Assembly: GCA_016708785.1 (NCBI GenBank)
Contig: JADJFC010000002.1
Location: 512,308 to 576,307 of the forward strand
From: Bacteroidota bacterium
GTDB lineage: Bacteria > Bacteroidota > Bacteroidia > AKYH767-A > 2013-40CM-41-45
Direction: 5' to 3'
DNA: 64,000 nucleotides
Shown: positions 33,578-44,815 of the stretch, piece by piece
How positions within the stretch are numbered: the first letter of the stretch is position 1
Layout: the number at the start of each line of letters is the position of its first letter
Notes under the pieces: generated by a model
The model's database searches: none
The model's input: the letters and a program-made list of their open reading frames with translations, nothing else
Told to the model about the DNA's origin: nothing
Position numbers and translations under genes: made by a program

Positions 33578-33686
33578 GAAATGTAGCATGGAAACAACAT
33601 CCTTAAGGTGTAGCCTAGCTGATAAAAGTTGGGGAAGTAGCCTGCGGACTACATCCCCAACTTTTATAGTTATTCGTGATTATTTT

Positions 33687-36600
33687 TCACTGTTTCACAA
33701 CCTTCCAAGTCTTCCTCCAATTCTCCCCTTTAATATTCACCAGATAAATCCCGGCTGCCAAATCTGAAACTCTAACTTGTTTAATTAAAATTCCTGCCTT
33801 CACGAAAATATCCTGAACCAGAATTTGTCCTAGTGCATCCATAACCTGAACAGAGATTTTTTCTGTGCCTGCGAAATCAAAAGCAATGTTGAGCAACTCA
33901 CTTGAGATCGGATTCGGATAGATACGAATTTGCTCTGTAGCAGAAATGTCGTTCACTCCAACCATAAATTGATAATACGATACTGAATGAATACAACCTG
34001 AGATTTGATCAGTGATCACTACCGTATAAAATCCGGTGTGATCCGGTGTAATAGTATTGGTAGTTCCACCAAATGGAACTCCATTGTAGGTCCACGAATA
34101 AAGATATTGTAGTCCTGTTGGTGTTGCAATCAGATCCGGCGCTGAATAATTGATCTCCGGATTTATATCAGTCAAGTTCACGGGTATCGAAGTTGAATTG
34201 GTGCAACCTGAAGCATCTGTAATTGTTACACTATAAGTTCCTGCTGTATCAACAGAGATGCATGATTGAGTTGTACTGTCATTCCACAAATAAGATGTGT
34301 AACCGGAAGTCGCACAAAGAATTCCAACTTCTCCCTGACATAGTTCCGTCTGACCTGCTATTAAAACAGGAGGTAAGCTATTGAAGACAACAACATGCGT
34401 GTCATTTCCAACACAACCTACTGCATCATGAATTGTAACAGAATAATTTCCGTTTGAATTCACGCTTATACATTCTGTGGTTTCTCCTGTATTCCATGTG
34501 TAGTCAACATAGCCGGATGGAACACAAAGTTCCAAAGGTACTCCCGGACATGGTGCATGTGTTCCTGAGATCACCGTTGTTATACTTGAGGAGAAAGTTA
34601 CAGGTAGAGAGCTACTTGCTGTACAACCATTGCCATCGGTAATTGTTACCGTATATGTTCCTGAAGAATTTACATTGATACATCTGGTCGTATTTCCTGT
34701 TGACCATTGATATAATGCACTTCCTGTTGGTGCACATAATTGTCCAACTGCACCCAGACATAATGAATTCGGTCCTGAGATAGTGGCATTCAATTGTGAG
34801 AAAATAGTAAGACCTTTTGATCCTGTCGCTGTACATCCATTTGCATTGGTAACAGTAACTGAATAAATTCCACTGGTGTTTGCGTTGATACAACGGGTCG
34901 TTTGTCCGTTTGACCAAAGATATTGATAGTTAGTTCCAGATGGTGCGCACAACTGCGGATTGCTATTGTAACATGCAGTTGAAGGTCCTGTGATCGCTGC
35001 AGAGAATGCAGGATATGCTGTAAATACTTTTGATGCACTTCCTGTACAACCTGATCCGTCAGTCACGGTTACTGTATAGGTGCCCGAAGTTGTTGGGCTA
35101 ATACATTGTGCTGTTGATCCGTTTGACCATAAAGTTGTTCCTGCCGCTGAAGCACAAAGTTGTGCAGTTTGTCCGGGACAAACACCGGCAGGACCGGTAA
35201 TAGTTAGGTTGAGACTTGCACCAACAGTCAACGTGTGACTTGCACTTCCTGTGCAACCATTTGCATCGGTTAGCTGAACGATATAAGTTCCATCAATAGA
35301 TTTACTGATGCATTGTGTTGTTTCTCCACTTGACCAGAGGTAAGTAGTAAATCCGGAAGGAGCACATAATTGGGCTACTGATCCAAAGCAAACATTTGTC
35401 GGACCGGTTATAACTGCCGGCGTTATTGCATAACTTGAAAGTACATGAGAAGCTGTGCTTTTACATCCATTTCCTCCTGTTACTGTTACTACATAATTTC
35501 CTGAATCAACAACATTGATACAAGATATAGTAGCTCCATTCGACCATAAAAATGTTCCACCAGAAGTAACAGCACATAATTGTACGGTTGTTCCGGGACA
35601 AGCAATTGATGACCCGGTGATAGAAGCAGTAGGATTTGGTAGAATAGTTATAGAGTGAGACGAACTTGAGGTACATCCATTGGCATCTGTTCCTGTTACA
35701 ATGTATGAGCCTGTGGTCAATGGCGCTAAGCATTGAGTAGTTTCACCCGACGACCAGGCATATGATGAATAACCACCTGCTGCACATAACTGCGGAAATG
35801 AATTTGCGCAACCTGATGCAGGTCCTGTGACTGACATTGCAGCTGCAGTATTTACTGTTACTGCTTTCGAATTTGTTGCCGTACATCCGCCGGCATCCGA
35901 AACACTGACAGTATATGTTCCGGTTGAAGCAGGAGAGATGCATTGAGTAGTCGCACCATTGGACCATAAGTATGTACTAAAGCCGGCATCACCACAAATC
36001 TGTGTGCCACTTCCGGAACACATTGTTGCCGGACCGGTTATAGCAACTGAAATGCTACTTCCAAATGTAACAGTATGTGAATCGGACGATGTACATCCAT
36101 TGGCATCTGTAATCGTAACTGTATATGAATTTGTGCTCGCTGAATTGATGCATTGAGTAGTTGCGCCGGTTGACCATAGGTATGAAGATGAACCTGCATT
36201 ACCACAGATCTGCACTGTATTTCCTGTACATCCTGTTGTTGGTCCTGTTATAAGAGCAGTTGGATTTGTATTAACTGTGATCGTATGACTATCTGTTGCT
36301 GTACATCCGATTGCATCAGAAACTGTAACTGTATATGATCCGCTGGATGCTGGATTAATACATTGTGTTGTTGCTTGTTGACCAAAAATAGGCTGATGCG
36401 CCAACTGTTGCACACAATTGCGGATTGGTTGATGCACAGGCTGTCGTTGGTCCGGTAATAGTTGTAGTAAGATTACAAGGATCAGTTGCACAAATACTGA
36501 ATGCACCAAAATCATCATTGCCAACATCCCACATTCTGATCCATACTGTCGCACCCGGAGTTAATCCGGAAACGATCTGAGCATATGGCATTGATGGTGT

Positions 36601-38205
36601 TGTTGAATTGCCTCCTGCATAGCAATTAAATAGTGTCAAGGAAGAGCAAGTTCCTGTATAAACAGCCATTCCCATATCGGTTAGATCTCCTGCAAAAGAA
36701 TTAATGTATAATTTTCCTGAAGCGGGAACTACTGCAGAGAACCATACATCACCATCACCATTGCCGTCACACAAAGTTGCCGGAACTGTAGAATTAGTTG
36801 CTCCTGTGTTATTTGATACAGTTGCACTACAAGAAGTACCAACGGTAAGAACGGTTGCTGAACAAGGATCATCATTTGCAATTCCCGGTGCACTGCAAGG
36901 TGTTAGACAAGAAGAGGTATTAATTCTACTTAGAATGAGTGCCAGCGGTTGTGGTCCAAATCCGAGAGCCAGATTTATTCCATTCCCACCTGAAAGATGG
37001 CAATAGCTCATGATGGTTCCTTTAACAGGTATTACGGCCTGAGCACACCCGCCCGGACTGGAAGGATAACCTGAGGCTGGGCCGCAACCGTCAATTGCTG
37101 TGTTGTTTCCATTCCAAACACAATCATGCGTATGCTCTGATCCAAAATTGTGGCCTTGTTCATGAGAAACAACTTCAACTGTCCAGGAATACGTTGGTAC
37201 ACTGTTGTAATTTGCACTGATGCCGCTGTAGCCCATTCTGTAACTTGTGGAACCATCACAAAGTACATCGAGCCATGCAACACCACCGCCACCTCCGTAG
37301 CCAATAAGATGTGCAAGATCTCCTGTGAATGAAGTTCTGTTTGTTCCAAATTGATCGAGGTAATCTCCAGACGATGGTCCGATGTATGGGTCAACCGTAT
37401 TCCAGATAAAAAGCGACTCCAGATTTACAGTGATTCCATCATTATTATACAATGTCGAAACCTGATTGAATAGTCCGTTGATATATGTACTAACGAGGCC
37501 GATCGACCCTTTGTCTGTATAAATATCCTGATCAGTTTCCCAAGACAAGTTTGCACAATTAACCGAAGAAGTATTATTATTACCACCAATGCGATTATTA
37601 TTTTTTAATTTTTTAATGTCCTCAGTTGTCCCACAAACAAATGGATTAGTTGCAGTAAGATCTTTATCATTGTAAAAGATATGAGTGTTCTGATTGTCAT
37701 TTTTTAATTTACCTAAATTAAAATTTCCACGTTCATCGCAGATCAATCCCATGACTTCATTTTCATAAATAGAAATTGCTGCAAATGAATTGTTCTTGTT
37801 TTCGATCATACCGCGATAGTTTACCGCTTTAGCAGGAACTGCTATCGAATTATCACTTACGGTGATTTTAAAATTTGATGTATAAATTTCTTTCTCGTAA
37901 AGCAAAACGGTAATTGTTCCATTGGAATTTGGATCAGGCAGTTTTAGTCGAAGAAACTTTGGTTTTTCGGCAACGATCTTTTTCAGTTGAGTTTCCGTAG
38001 GCTTCAATAGTTTGAAGGCTGAGACCGTGTTGTTCAACTCCAGTGATACAGATTGTACGCTTGAGAAAATCGATTGATCAGCTTTTTGGAATTTATTTTG
38101 TCCCGAATACTGATTGACCAATTTAGAGATCTCACCGCTTCTGGCAGTAAAGCCAGATGCAATTAGAAAAATGAATAGTAGAGCTTTTAGGTGTGTTTTA
38201 ATCAT
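33687..38205 (-). CDS. Secreted metzincin-type zinc metalloprotease fused to 11 tandem ~73-aa Ig-like repeats (Y(L/A)WS.G.TTQCI...TYTVTVTD.NGC) and a T9SS C-terminal sorting domain. One frame break near the A5 run 36384-36388 (ORF pieces 36355-38352 and 33687-36554).
   Basis: HEQGHNFGSEH is an exact HExxHxxGxxH metzincin signature. Probable start MIKTHLKALLFIFLIASGFTA at 38205 (signal peptide). C-terminal IRIYPNPISSELLNIAF...GIYLVNIKGE matches a Por secretion tail. The C-terminus of the upstream ORF (..LCATVGASAYFW) runs straight into the first repeat of the downstream ORF (..QQATTQCINPASSGSYTVTV). Confidence 0.8.
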
Positions 38206-38378
38206 TGGTTTTATTGTGGTTAAACGACGTGGGAGAGTCGTGGAATTATAGGCTACAAAGTTAAAATTGTTAAGCGATAAATGAAAGGTTATTCGAATCA
38301 GTTTCCCCCAAATAAAAAGGCCTTTCCGAAGAAAGGCCCCTGTCATAAACAAACGTTAATTATATGTCTTTTTGAGTC

Positions 38379-38882
38379 TTAATTCAGGCTCGGATCATCC
38401 GGAAAATTGGCCAGGATAGCATATTGGCTTCCCATCGTTTTCAGGACTTCGCCCCATAACTCTTCAGGGTGTTCAGAAAATGCAAAGTCTTTCTGACAAT
38501 TAGAGATCAACCATGTATGCCCTTTTAATTCTTCTGTCAACTGTTGAGGTTCCCAACCACTATACCCTGCAAAAAATCGAATGTCATTCTTGGTCACTTG
38601 ATGGGTGTCGATCAGAAGTTTTAACATCTCCAAATCCCCACCCCAGAAAATTCCGGGTAAGATCTCCTTACTACCTTCCAATTTTTGACCAAGAGTATGC
38701 AGAAAGTGAATAGTGTCTGTTTGAACAGGACCGCCAAAATAGAGCGGTGCATCAAAAGGAGGGAAGTCTTCCAATGCATCATTCAGATGCATGTCTGTTG
38801 GCTTGTTAAGTATAAATCCAACGGTGCCTTCTTCACTATGTTCACCAAGAAGAATGACCGCTCTTTTAAAATATGAATCCAA
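38379..38882 (-). CDS. yqgE: YqgE/AlgH-family (UPF0301) protein
   Basis: 167 aa; RAVILLGEHSEEGTVGFILNKPTD. Confidence 0.85.
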   Translation of the reverse strand: MDSYFKRAVILLGEHSEEGTVGFILNKPTDMHLNDALEDFPPFDAPLYFGGPVQTDTIHFLHTLGQKLEGSKEILPGIFWGGDLEMLKLLIDTHQVTKNDIRFFAGYSGWEPQQLTEELKGHTWLISNCQKDFAFSEHPEELWGEVLKTMGSQYAILANFPDDPSLN

Positions 38883-39221
38883 TAAAATGGTTCAGAGATT
38901 AATATTCTGCCAACTTCCGGATCTAGATGTACTGCTTTTCGTCTCATGTGTTTGTATTTAAGTAAGCAATTAGTGTGGGTTAATTGATTCCGGTCAGATT
39001 GTCGTCGCAGAACATGATCTATTTTACCCCTATTTAGTCGTGGTGTTCAGACAGAAACTCCGGAAAACTTACAAACATGAATCCAAAAACCGGGATTTCT
39101 GTCAAAAGGATAGATTTCTAAAAAGGCTGGAATTGGCTTAAAATCAAAGCGTGTTTAGGTTTTTCGCCCATTTATTGGTGTTTAGAAGTCAATCGTCACC
39201 GTTTCTCTCCATATTTTTGCG

Positions 39222-39893
39222 ATGTTTGTACTTGCTATTATGAAAAAACTAAAAGACGAAATATTCAACTTACGGGTTGATTTTGCTATTGGATCTCTTG
39301 ATGAGAAAATGATCAGTTCTGACCCTTTTCGGCAGTTCAATAAATGGATGGAAAATGCTCTTGCCGCAAAGGTACTTGAACCTACTGCTATGACGCTGTC
39401 AACGGCTACGAAAAAAGGTATCGTTGGCTCGCGTATAGTTCTACTTCGTGACTTGGATAAAAAAGGATTTAACTTCTTTACGAATTATAACAGTGCAAAA
39501 GGTCGGGAGATGAAAGAGAATAAGAACGTTTCTTTGAATTTCTTTTGGCCGGAATTGCAACGACAAGTACGTATTACGGGTGTCATTGAAAAGTTGCCTG
39601 AAAAAGCCTCGGAAAAATATTTCGCTTCGCGACCTCGCGAAAGCCAGATAGGTGCATGGGCCTCTAATCAAAGCGAAGTTTTAACCAATCGCCAGGAACT
39701 GGAAAGTAGAGTGGAAAAACTCTTCATTGAATTTGATGGAAAAAAAGTACCTCGTCCAAAACATTGGGGCGGATACCGTGTTAAACCTACACAAATAGAA
39801 TTCTGGCAAGGTAGACAAAGCCGACTTCATGATCGATTTCTCTTCAAAAAGTCACGAACCGGAAAATGGACAATGTCACGACTAAACCCTTGA
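39222..39893 (+). CDS. pdxH: Pyridoxamine 5'-phosphate oxidase. The true start is probably the MKKLKDE.. codon at 39240.
   Basis: RIVLLRDLDKKGFNFFTNYNSAKGREM, SRPRESQIGAWASNQS, WGGYRVKPTQIEFWQGRQSRLHDR. Confidence 0.9.
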   Translation: MFVLAIMKKLKDEIFNLRVDFAIGSLDEKMISSDPFRQFNKWMENALAAKVLEPTAMTLSTATKKGIVGSRIVLLRDLDKKGFNFFTNYNSAKGREMKENKNVSLNFFWPELQRQVRITGVIEKLPEKASEKYFASRPRESQIGAWASNQSEVLTNRQELESRVEKLFIEFDGKKVPRPKHWGGYRVKPTQIEFWQGRQSRLHDRFLFKKSRTGKWTMSRLNP

Positions 39894-40004
39894 TTAAATT
39901 AATAATGAATCCCGATAGCAATCGGGATTCATTATTAATAGTTAATTAAAATTTACCGAAGCCTTTTCCGTCTACCTATAAGTAACCAATTCCCAAAAAG
40001 TTTT

Positions 40005-41258
40005 ATGTCCATCCGTATCCTTATTTTTGCTGTTATATTATTTCTAATTGACCTTTACGTCTTTCAGGGAGTAAAATTGTTGATTCAGAATAAAAGTGTC
40101 ATTACCCAAAGGATTGTTTTTTGGGTGTATTGGTCTATAACGGCATTGACAATCTTTACCATTTTCCTTGGACAATGGATTGATTGGCATACCTGGCCCA
40201 AAGCATTACGGGTCTATATATTTGCAATGATCTTTATTGTCAGTCTTTCGAAGATCATTGTTACTATATTTATGTTGTTGGACGATGTCATTCGCTTGTT
40301 CCGTTTTGCATTTGGTTGGATCGCTATAAAATTCTCTTCATCATATGAAGCGAGTGAAAGTTTCAGAGTGTCACGCCTTGATTTTCTGGTGAAGACCGGA
40401 TTTATCCTTAGTGCAATTCCGTTTTTCTCATTGATCTACGGAATGGTGAAAGGCGCTTACAACTATCAGATCCATCGAAGAAATATTGCTTTTAAAGATC
40501 TTCCTGAACCTTTCCACGGAATGAAGATCGTTCAGATCTCTGATCTGCATACAGGAAGTTTTAATACAACTGAACATCTTGCTAAAGCTGTTGAATTGAT
40601 CATGAATGAAAAACCGGATGTGATCTTTTTTACCGGTGATCTGGTGAATGATATTCATACAGAAGCTCTACCGTTCAAAGAAATATTCCAAAGATTATCT
40701 GCTCCGCATGGTGTGTTTTCCATTCTTGGAAATCATGATTATGGCGATTACTATAATTGGCCAAACATTGAAAGTAAAAATGAAAACCTTGAAAAACTAA
40801 AAGCATTTCATGGTGAAGTAGGATGGACACTTATGTTGAATGAACATACCTACCTTGAAAAGGATGGAGCAAAGATCGGTTTGATCGGAGTGGAAAATTA
40901 TTCGGGCAAGAAAAATTTCTCTCGTTATGGCGATATGCAAAAAGCAACGGAAAATTATGAAGTGCAAGGTGTGAATATTCTTCTTTCACATGATCCATCA
41001 CATTGGAATACGCAGATCACAAATGAATATCGGTATGTCGATCTTACTTTGTCCGGACATACTCACGGAATGCAATTCGGTATTGAGATCCCCGGCTTCA
41101 AATGGAGCCCTGTTCAATACATGTATAAACAATGGGCTGACCTTTATGAACAGGAACATCAGAAATTATATGTGAACAGAGGTTTAGGTTTTCTCGGATA
41201 TCCGGGCAGAGTTGGTATCTTGCCGGAAATTTCCGTTTTCAATTTAACCAAAGCCTGA
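40005..41258 (+). CDS. Membrane-anchored calcineurin-like metallophosphoesterase
   Basis: N-terminal TM helices followed by IVQISDLHTGS, FTGDLVND, GNHDY, LSGHTHGMQ phosphoesterase motifs. Confidence 0.8.
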   Translation: MSIRILIFAVILFLIDLYVFQGVKLLIQNKSVITQRIVFWVYWSITALTIFTIFLGQWIDWHTWPKALRVYIFAMIFIVSLSKIIVTIFMLLDDVIRLFRFAFGWIAIKFSSSYEASESFRVSRLDFLVKTGFILSAIPFFSLIYGMVKGAYNYQIHRRNIAFKDLPEPFHGMKIVQISDLHTGSFNTTEHLAKAVELIMNEKPDVIFFTGDLVNDIHTEALPFKEIFQRLSAPHGVFSILGNHDYGDYYNWPNIESKNENLEKLKAFHGEVGWTLMLNEHTYLEKDGAKIGLIGVENYSGKKNFSRYGDMQKATENYEVQGVNILLSHDPSHWNTQITNEYRYVDLTLSGHTHGMQFGIEIPGFKWSPVQYMYKQWADLYEQEHQKLYVNRGLGFLGYPGRVGILPEISVFNLTKA

Positions 41259-41259
41259 A

Positions 41260-42015
41260 ATGCTCTCTAAGAATCGTATCAAAGAAGTAACTGCTCTTCA
41301 CAATAAAAAATTCCGTAATCTGGAAAATGTCTTTATTGTAGAAGGTGAAAAGGTGGTCGGTGATCTTTTGCTTTCAGGCTGGAAAGTGCTCACCATATTT
41401 GCTACGCCTGACTATATCAATCGTAATCGCTTATCAGGGGAAATTTCTTGTGAAGTTTGTACAGAGGATGAGATGTCGAAGATCACTGCTCTCACAACAG
41501 CTTCTCCTGTCCTCGCAGTTGTGGAAATGCCACCAACAGATGTCGAAGTGAATATGCAGAGTGGTTTGAAATTAGTTTTAGATAATGTGAAAGATCCAGG
41601 AAATTTCGGTGCACTTTGTAGAATTGCAGATTGGTTTGGAATCGATGAAATAATTTGTTCGAATGATTCTGTCGATTGCTTCAATCCAAAAGTTGTTCAG
41701 AGCTCAATGGGTTCGCTTTTTCATTTGAAAGTTGTGTATAAAGACCTCACTGAATTATTCAGAGATAACCTTGCACAGAATAAATTGCCGGTCTATGGTA
41801 CACTGATGGATGGCGAAAATATTTTTACTGCCGAACTTTCTCAATCCGGATTTATCGTTTTAGGAAATGAATCAAATGGTATTTCACTTGAAGTAGAAAA
41901 GTACATCACAAAAGCGCTTACGATTCCAATTTTTTCCAATGCCAAAAATGGCTTGCCGGATTCGTTGAATGTTTCTGTGGCGGCGGGGATTGTGTGTGCG
42001 CAATTCCGAAAGTGA
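41260..42015 (+). CDS. TrmH/SpoU-family RNA 2'-O-methyltransferase
   Basis: LVLDNVKDPGNFGALCRIADWFGIDEIIC and a C-terminal SPOUT knot region (IPIFSNAKNGLPDSLNVSVAAGIV). Confidence 0.8.
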   Translation: MLSKNRIKEVTALHNKKFRNLENVFIVEGEKVVGDLLLSGWKVLTIFATPDYINRNRLSGEISCEVCTEDEMSKITALTTASPVLAVVEMPPTDVEVNMQSGLKLVLDNVKDPGNFGALCRIADWFGIDEIICSNDSVDCFNPKVVQSSMGSLFHLKVVYKDLTELFRDNLAQNKLPVYGTLMDGENIFTAELSQSGFIVLGNESNGISLEVEKYITKALTIPIFSNAKNGLPDSLNVSVAAGIVCAQFRK

Positions 42016-42029
42016 TAAATCAAAAAAGT

Positions 42030-42134
42030 ATCTCTGCGGATTTTCTGCGTACTCTGCGTAAATCTGCGGGAAATAATTCACGCAGTATTTTTCTCCCGCA
42101 GATTTACGCAGAGTACGCAGAAAATCCGCAGATT
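42030..42134. repeat. 105-bp palindromic element: 38-40-bp perfect inverted arms (CCCGCAGATTTACGCAGAGTACGCAGAAAATCCGCAGA) around a ~24-bp spacer, each arm holding four CTGCG direct repeats. A second imperfect palindrome lies at about 42185-42262.
   Basis: Direct reading; lies between the convergent trmH-like and FAD-protein genes. Confidence 0.85.
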
Positions 42135-42276
42135 TTTTATTAATCTTTAAAGGAAGATGATTGAGTTAAATAGATTTTTGTAAATGTTGGAGTTTGAGTT
42201 TGTGGTGTGAAGTGTGGGGAGTTACTTGCTACACACTCCACACTCCAACTCAAACTGAACAAACCATCCAATAAAA

Positions 42277-43848
42277 CTAATTTCCCGCAGCAACCGCACA
42301 ATTCTCCCCATCCATCGCCGCCGAAACAATCCCTCCTGCATACCCTGCACCTTCACCACATGGATAAAGTCCAACGATCTCCGGATGCTGTAAGGTCTCC
42401 GGATCGCGCGGAATACGAACTGGTGATGATGTTCGCGATTCTGTTGCTACCAGAATTGCTTCATTCGTGTAATAGGGTTTCATCTTTTTACCAAAGGCTT
42501 TCAATGCTTCTTTCAATGCTGTTGAAACAACAGAAGGAAGAACGTCAGTCAGATCAACAGATGTAGTTCCGGGATGATATGAATTCACCGGCAAACTTGA
42601 CGACACTTTTCCATTCACAAAATCAATCAGTCGTTGTCCGGGAGCTTTCAGATTCCCTTCGCCATATTTGAATGCGCGTTGTTCAACTTCCTGCTGATAA
42701 CGTAATGCAGCCAGATTTCCTGATGCCGCGAATCGTTCGTAATCTTTCGGCTCTATACTTACAACTATTCCGGAATTCGCAAACGGATTATTTCGTTTCG
42801 AAGGTGACCAACCATTCACTACAATTTCTCCCGGTGCAGTTGCAGCCGGTGCAATAATTCCACCCGGACACATACAAAATGAATACACTCCGCGTTTGTC
42901 GTGCTGATGGGTGAGTGAGTAGGAGGCAGGAGGCAAAAATGAACTTCGTACATCACAATGATATTGTACTTTGTCAATGACTTCCTGCGGATGTTCTATT
43001 CGTACTCCTAATGCAAAAGGTTTTGCATCAATTCTTATTTTTCTTTTTTCGAGTAACTCGTAGATGTCACGTGCAGAGTGACCTGTTGCTAGAATTACTT
43101 TCTCACAGCTTCTTTCAAATATTTCATTGCTGTTTAAATTTTTTAAAAGAAGCGCTTTGATCTTATTTGCATTCAGAATAATATCTTCCAAGCGTGTCTC
43201 AAACAATATTTCTCCACCTGCATCTACGATCGTTTTGCGAATAGCTTCTACTAATTGCGGAAGTTTATTAGTTCCTATATGCGGATGAGCATCGATTCGG
43301 ATATCCGGATCAGCGCCATGTTCAATGAGAATGTCGAGGATGCGATTGATATCGCCACGCTTGTTGGAGCGTGTATATAGTTTTCCGTCACTATATGTTC
43401 CCGCACCACCTTCGCCGAAACAATAATTCGAATCACCGTTTACAATTCCTTCGCGATTGATCATTGCAAGATCTCTGCGACGTCGCTGGACATCTTTTCC
43501 ACGTTCGATCACCACCGGTTTTATCCCGGCTTCAATTAGTTTCAAAGCTGCAAACATTCCGGCAGGACCAAAGCCAATGATAAATACTTCTTTGGATTTA
43601 GAAACGTCTTTGGTAAATTGAAACTTTGAAGTGTTGGATGATTTGCTTTCCGGAAGTTCATCCACAAAAACTTCTACCATCATTCGAATCTTCACCGTTC
43701 GTCCTCTGGCATCGATGGATCGTTTCAGCAGTCGAATGTCTTTGATTCGATCTTGTGTCACATTCAAAAGTTGTGACGCCTGCTGCAACTGTTTGCTTTG
43801 ATCTGCTGCCTCTTCCGGGAGAAGGACCAGCTCTAGTTGCTTTATCAT
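42277..43848 (-). CDS. FAD-dependent oxidoreductase of the uncharacterised COG2509-like family
   Basis: 523 aa; Rossmann dinucleotide motif VFIIGFGPAGMFAALKL. Confidence 0.7.
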   Translation of the reverse strand: MIKQLELVLLPEEAADQSKQLQQASQLLNVTQDRIKDIRLLKRSIDARGRTVKIRMMVEVFVDELPESKSSNTSKFQFTKDVSKSKEVFIIGFGPAGMFAALKLIEAGIKPVVIERGKDVQRRRRDLAMINREGIVNGDSNYCFGEGGAGTYSDGKLYTRSNKRGDINRILDILIEHGADPDIRIDAHPHIGTNKLPQLVEAIRKTIVDAGGEILFETRLEDIILNANKIKALLLKNLNSNEIFERSCEKVILATGHSARDIYELLEKRKIRIDAKPFALGVRIEHPQEVIDKVQYHCDVRSSFLPPASYSLTHQHDKRGVYSFCMCPGGIIAPAATAPGEIVVNGWSPSKRNNPFANSGIVVSIEPKDYERFAASGNLAALRYQQEVEQRAFKYGEGNLKAPGQRLIDFVNGKVSSSLPVNSYHPGTTSVDLTDVLPSVVSTALKEALKAFGKKMKPYYTNEAILVATESRTSSPVRIPRDPETLQHPEIVGLYPCGEGAGYAGGIVSAAMDGENCAVAAGN

Positions 43849-43866
43849 TGTATTTGTTATATTTTT

Positions 43867-44319
43867 TTAAAACAATCTTTTATCCCAAAAATAATCTTTG
43901 CTTCTAATTAGCTTTACTTTTTTAGAAAACTCAGGATGCTCTGTATTTATAATGTAATTGTATTCATTTGTAATGACTGCAGATGGGATCTTGAGTACCA
44001 GTGATCTTTTGGAATTGTACTATTCACTTCCAATTTGTTGCAGAGTAGAATAAGATTTTATGGATCGCCAGTTTTTTGGTAAGTTTTTAATTAATATTTG
44101 ATCAAATAAATTCTCTTCATCTGCAAGAAAAATTACCATTACAGCAAATTCATTTTTAGGTACTATTTCTTTTCGGTGAATAATTAATTCAAGTGTTGAT
44201 AATGATCTGGAAGAGTCTGTATAAATCACAGATTCCCCATCTTTATTCCAACGGTTGGCTTTCCCTGAAGAAGAGAGTTTTGTCGAAAATTTCTTTGTTG
44301 AAATTCTAAATGTTTCCAT
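43867..44319 (-). pseudogene. RES-domain toxin gene (150 codons) interrupted by an in-frame TAG at 44020-44022
   Basis: The 99-aa ORF 44020-44319 (..RWNKDGESVIYTDSSRSLSTLE..) continues in the same frame past the TAG as YNSKRSLVLKIPSAVITNEYNYIINTEHPEFSKKVKLIRSKDYFWDKRLF*. The TAG sits where RES proteins carry a Trp (..IGSE[W]YNSKRSLVLKIPSAV), so TGG to TAG is the likely change. Confidence 0.65.
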
Positions 44320-44741
44320 TAAACATTGTCTCCGTATTCCATTGCAGTTAACCGGTCATCTATAAATTTTATTCCACTAAACGTTTTTAAATTCTTTCCG
44401 GGAGATTCGTTATCGAAGTAAAAATTTTCAGTTTTTAACCAATTTTTAAATTCAATATCAGAACCAAAGACATTTATTCCATGTTTAAACAGGGCAATCA
44501 AAGCAACAGTGTGCTCTTGAAGTCTGTCGCTCAATTGTTTTCCACTCGACTTGTAACTTCTGAATGTTTTGACATTCAGATCAAGGATTCCCGAAATTTC
44601 AATGTCATTCAGATTAGAATAATTTTTAAATGCAGCGAAGTATTTATAGGTGATTTCCCACGTATTTAAATATTCCTGAACTAAAATCAAATCGACACAT
44701 TTAGGAATTTTGTCTAAAAACGAAACTGATTTTGTTGCCAT
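44319..44741 (-). CDS. DUF2384-type (MbcA/ParS/Xre-like) antitoxin partner of the RES toxin
   Basis: 140 aa; C-terminal FGSDIEFKNWLKTENFYFDNESPGKNLKTFSGIKFIDDRL matches the RES-antitoxin C-terminal domain pattern. Its stop overlaps the RES start. Confidence 0.6.
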   Translation of the reverse strand: MATKSVSFLDKIPKCVDLILVQEYLNTWEITYKYFAAFKNYSNLNDIEISGILDLNVKTFRSYKSSGKQLSDRLQEHTVALIALFKHGINVFGSDIEFKNWLKTENFYFDNESPGKNLKTFSGIKFIDDRLTAMEYGDNV

Positions 44742-44815
44742 CTTTCTTTCAAAGAGTTAAATTATATAGATAGGTAAAATTACTTTTAAACTCAAGTAAA
44801 ATTACCCTTGTATTT

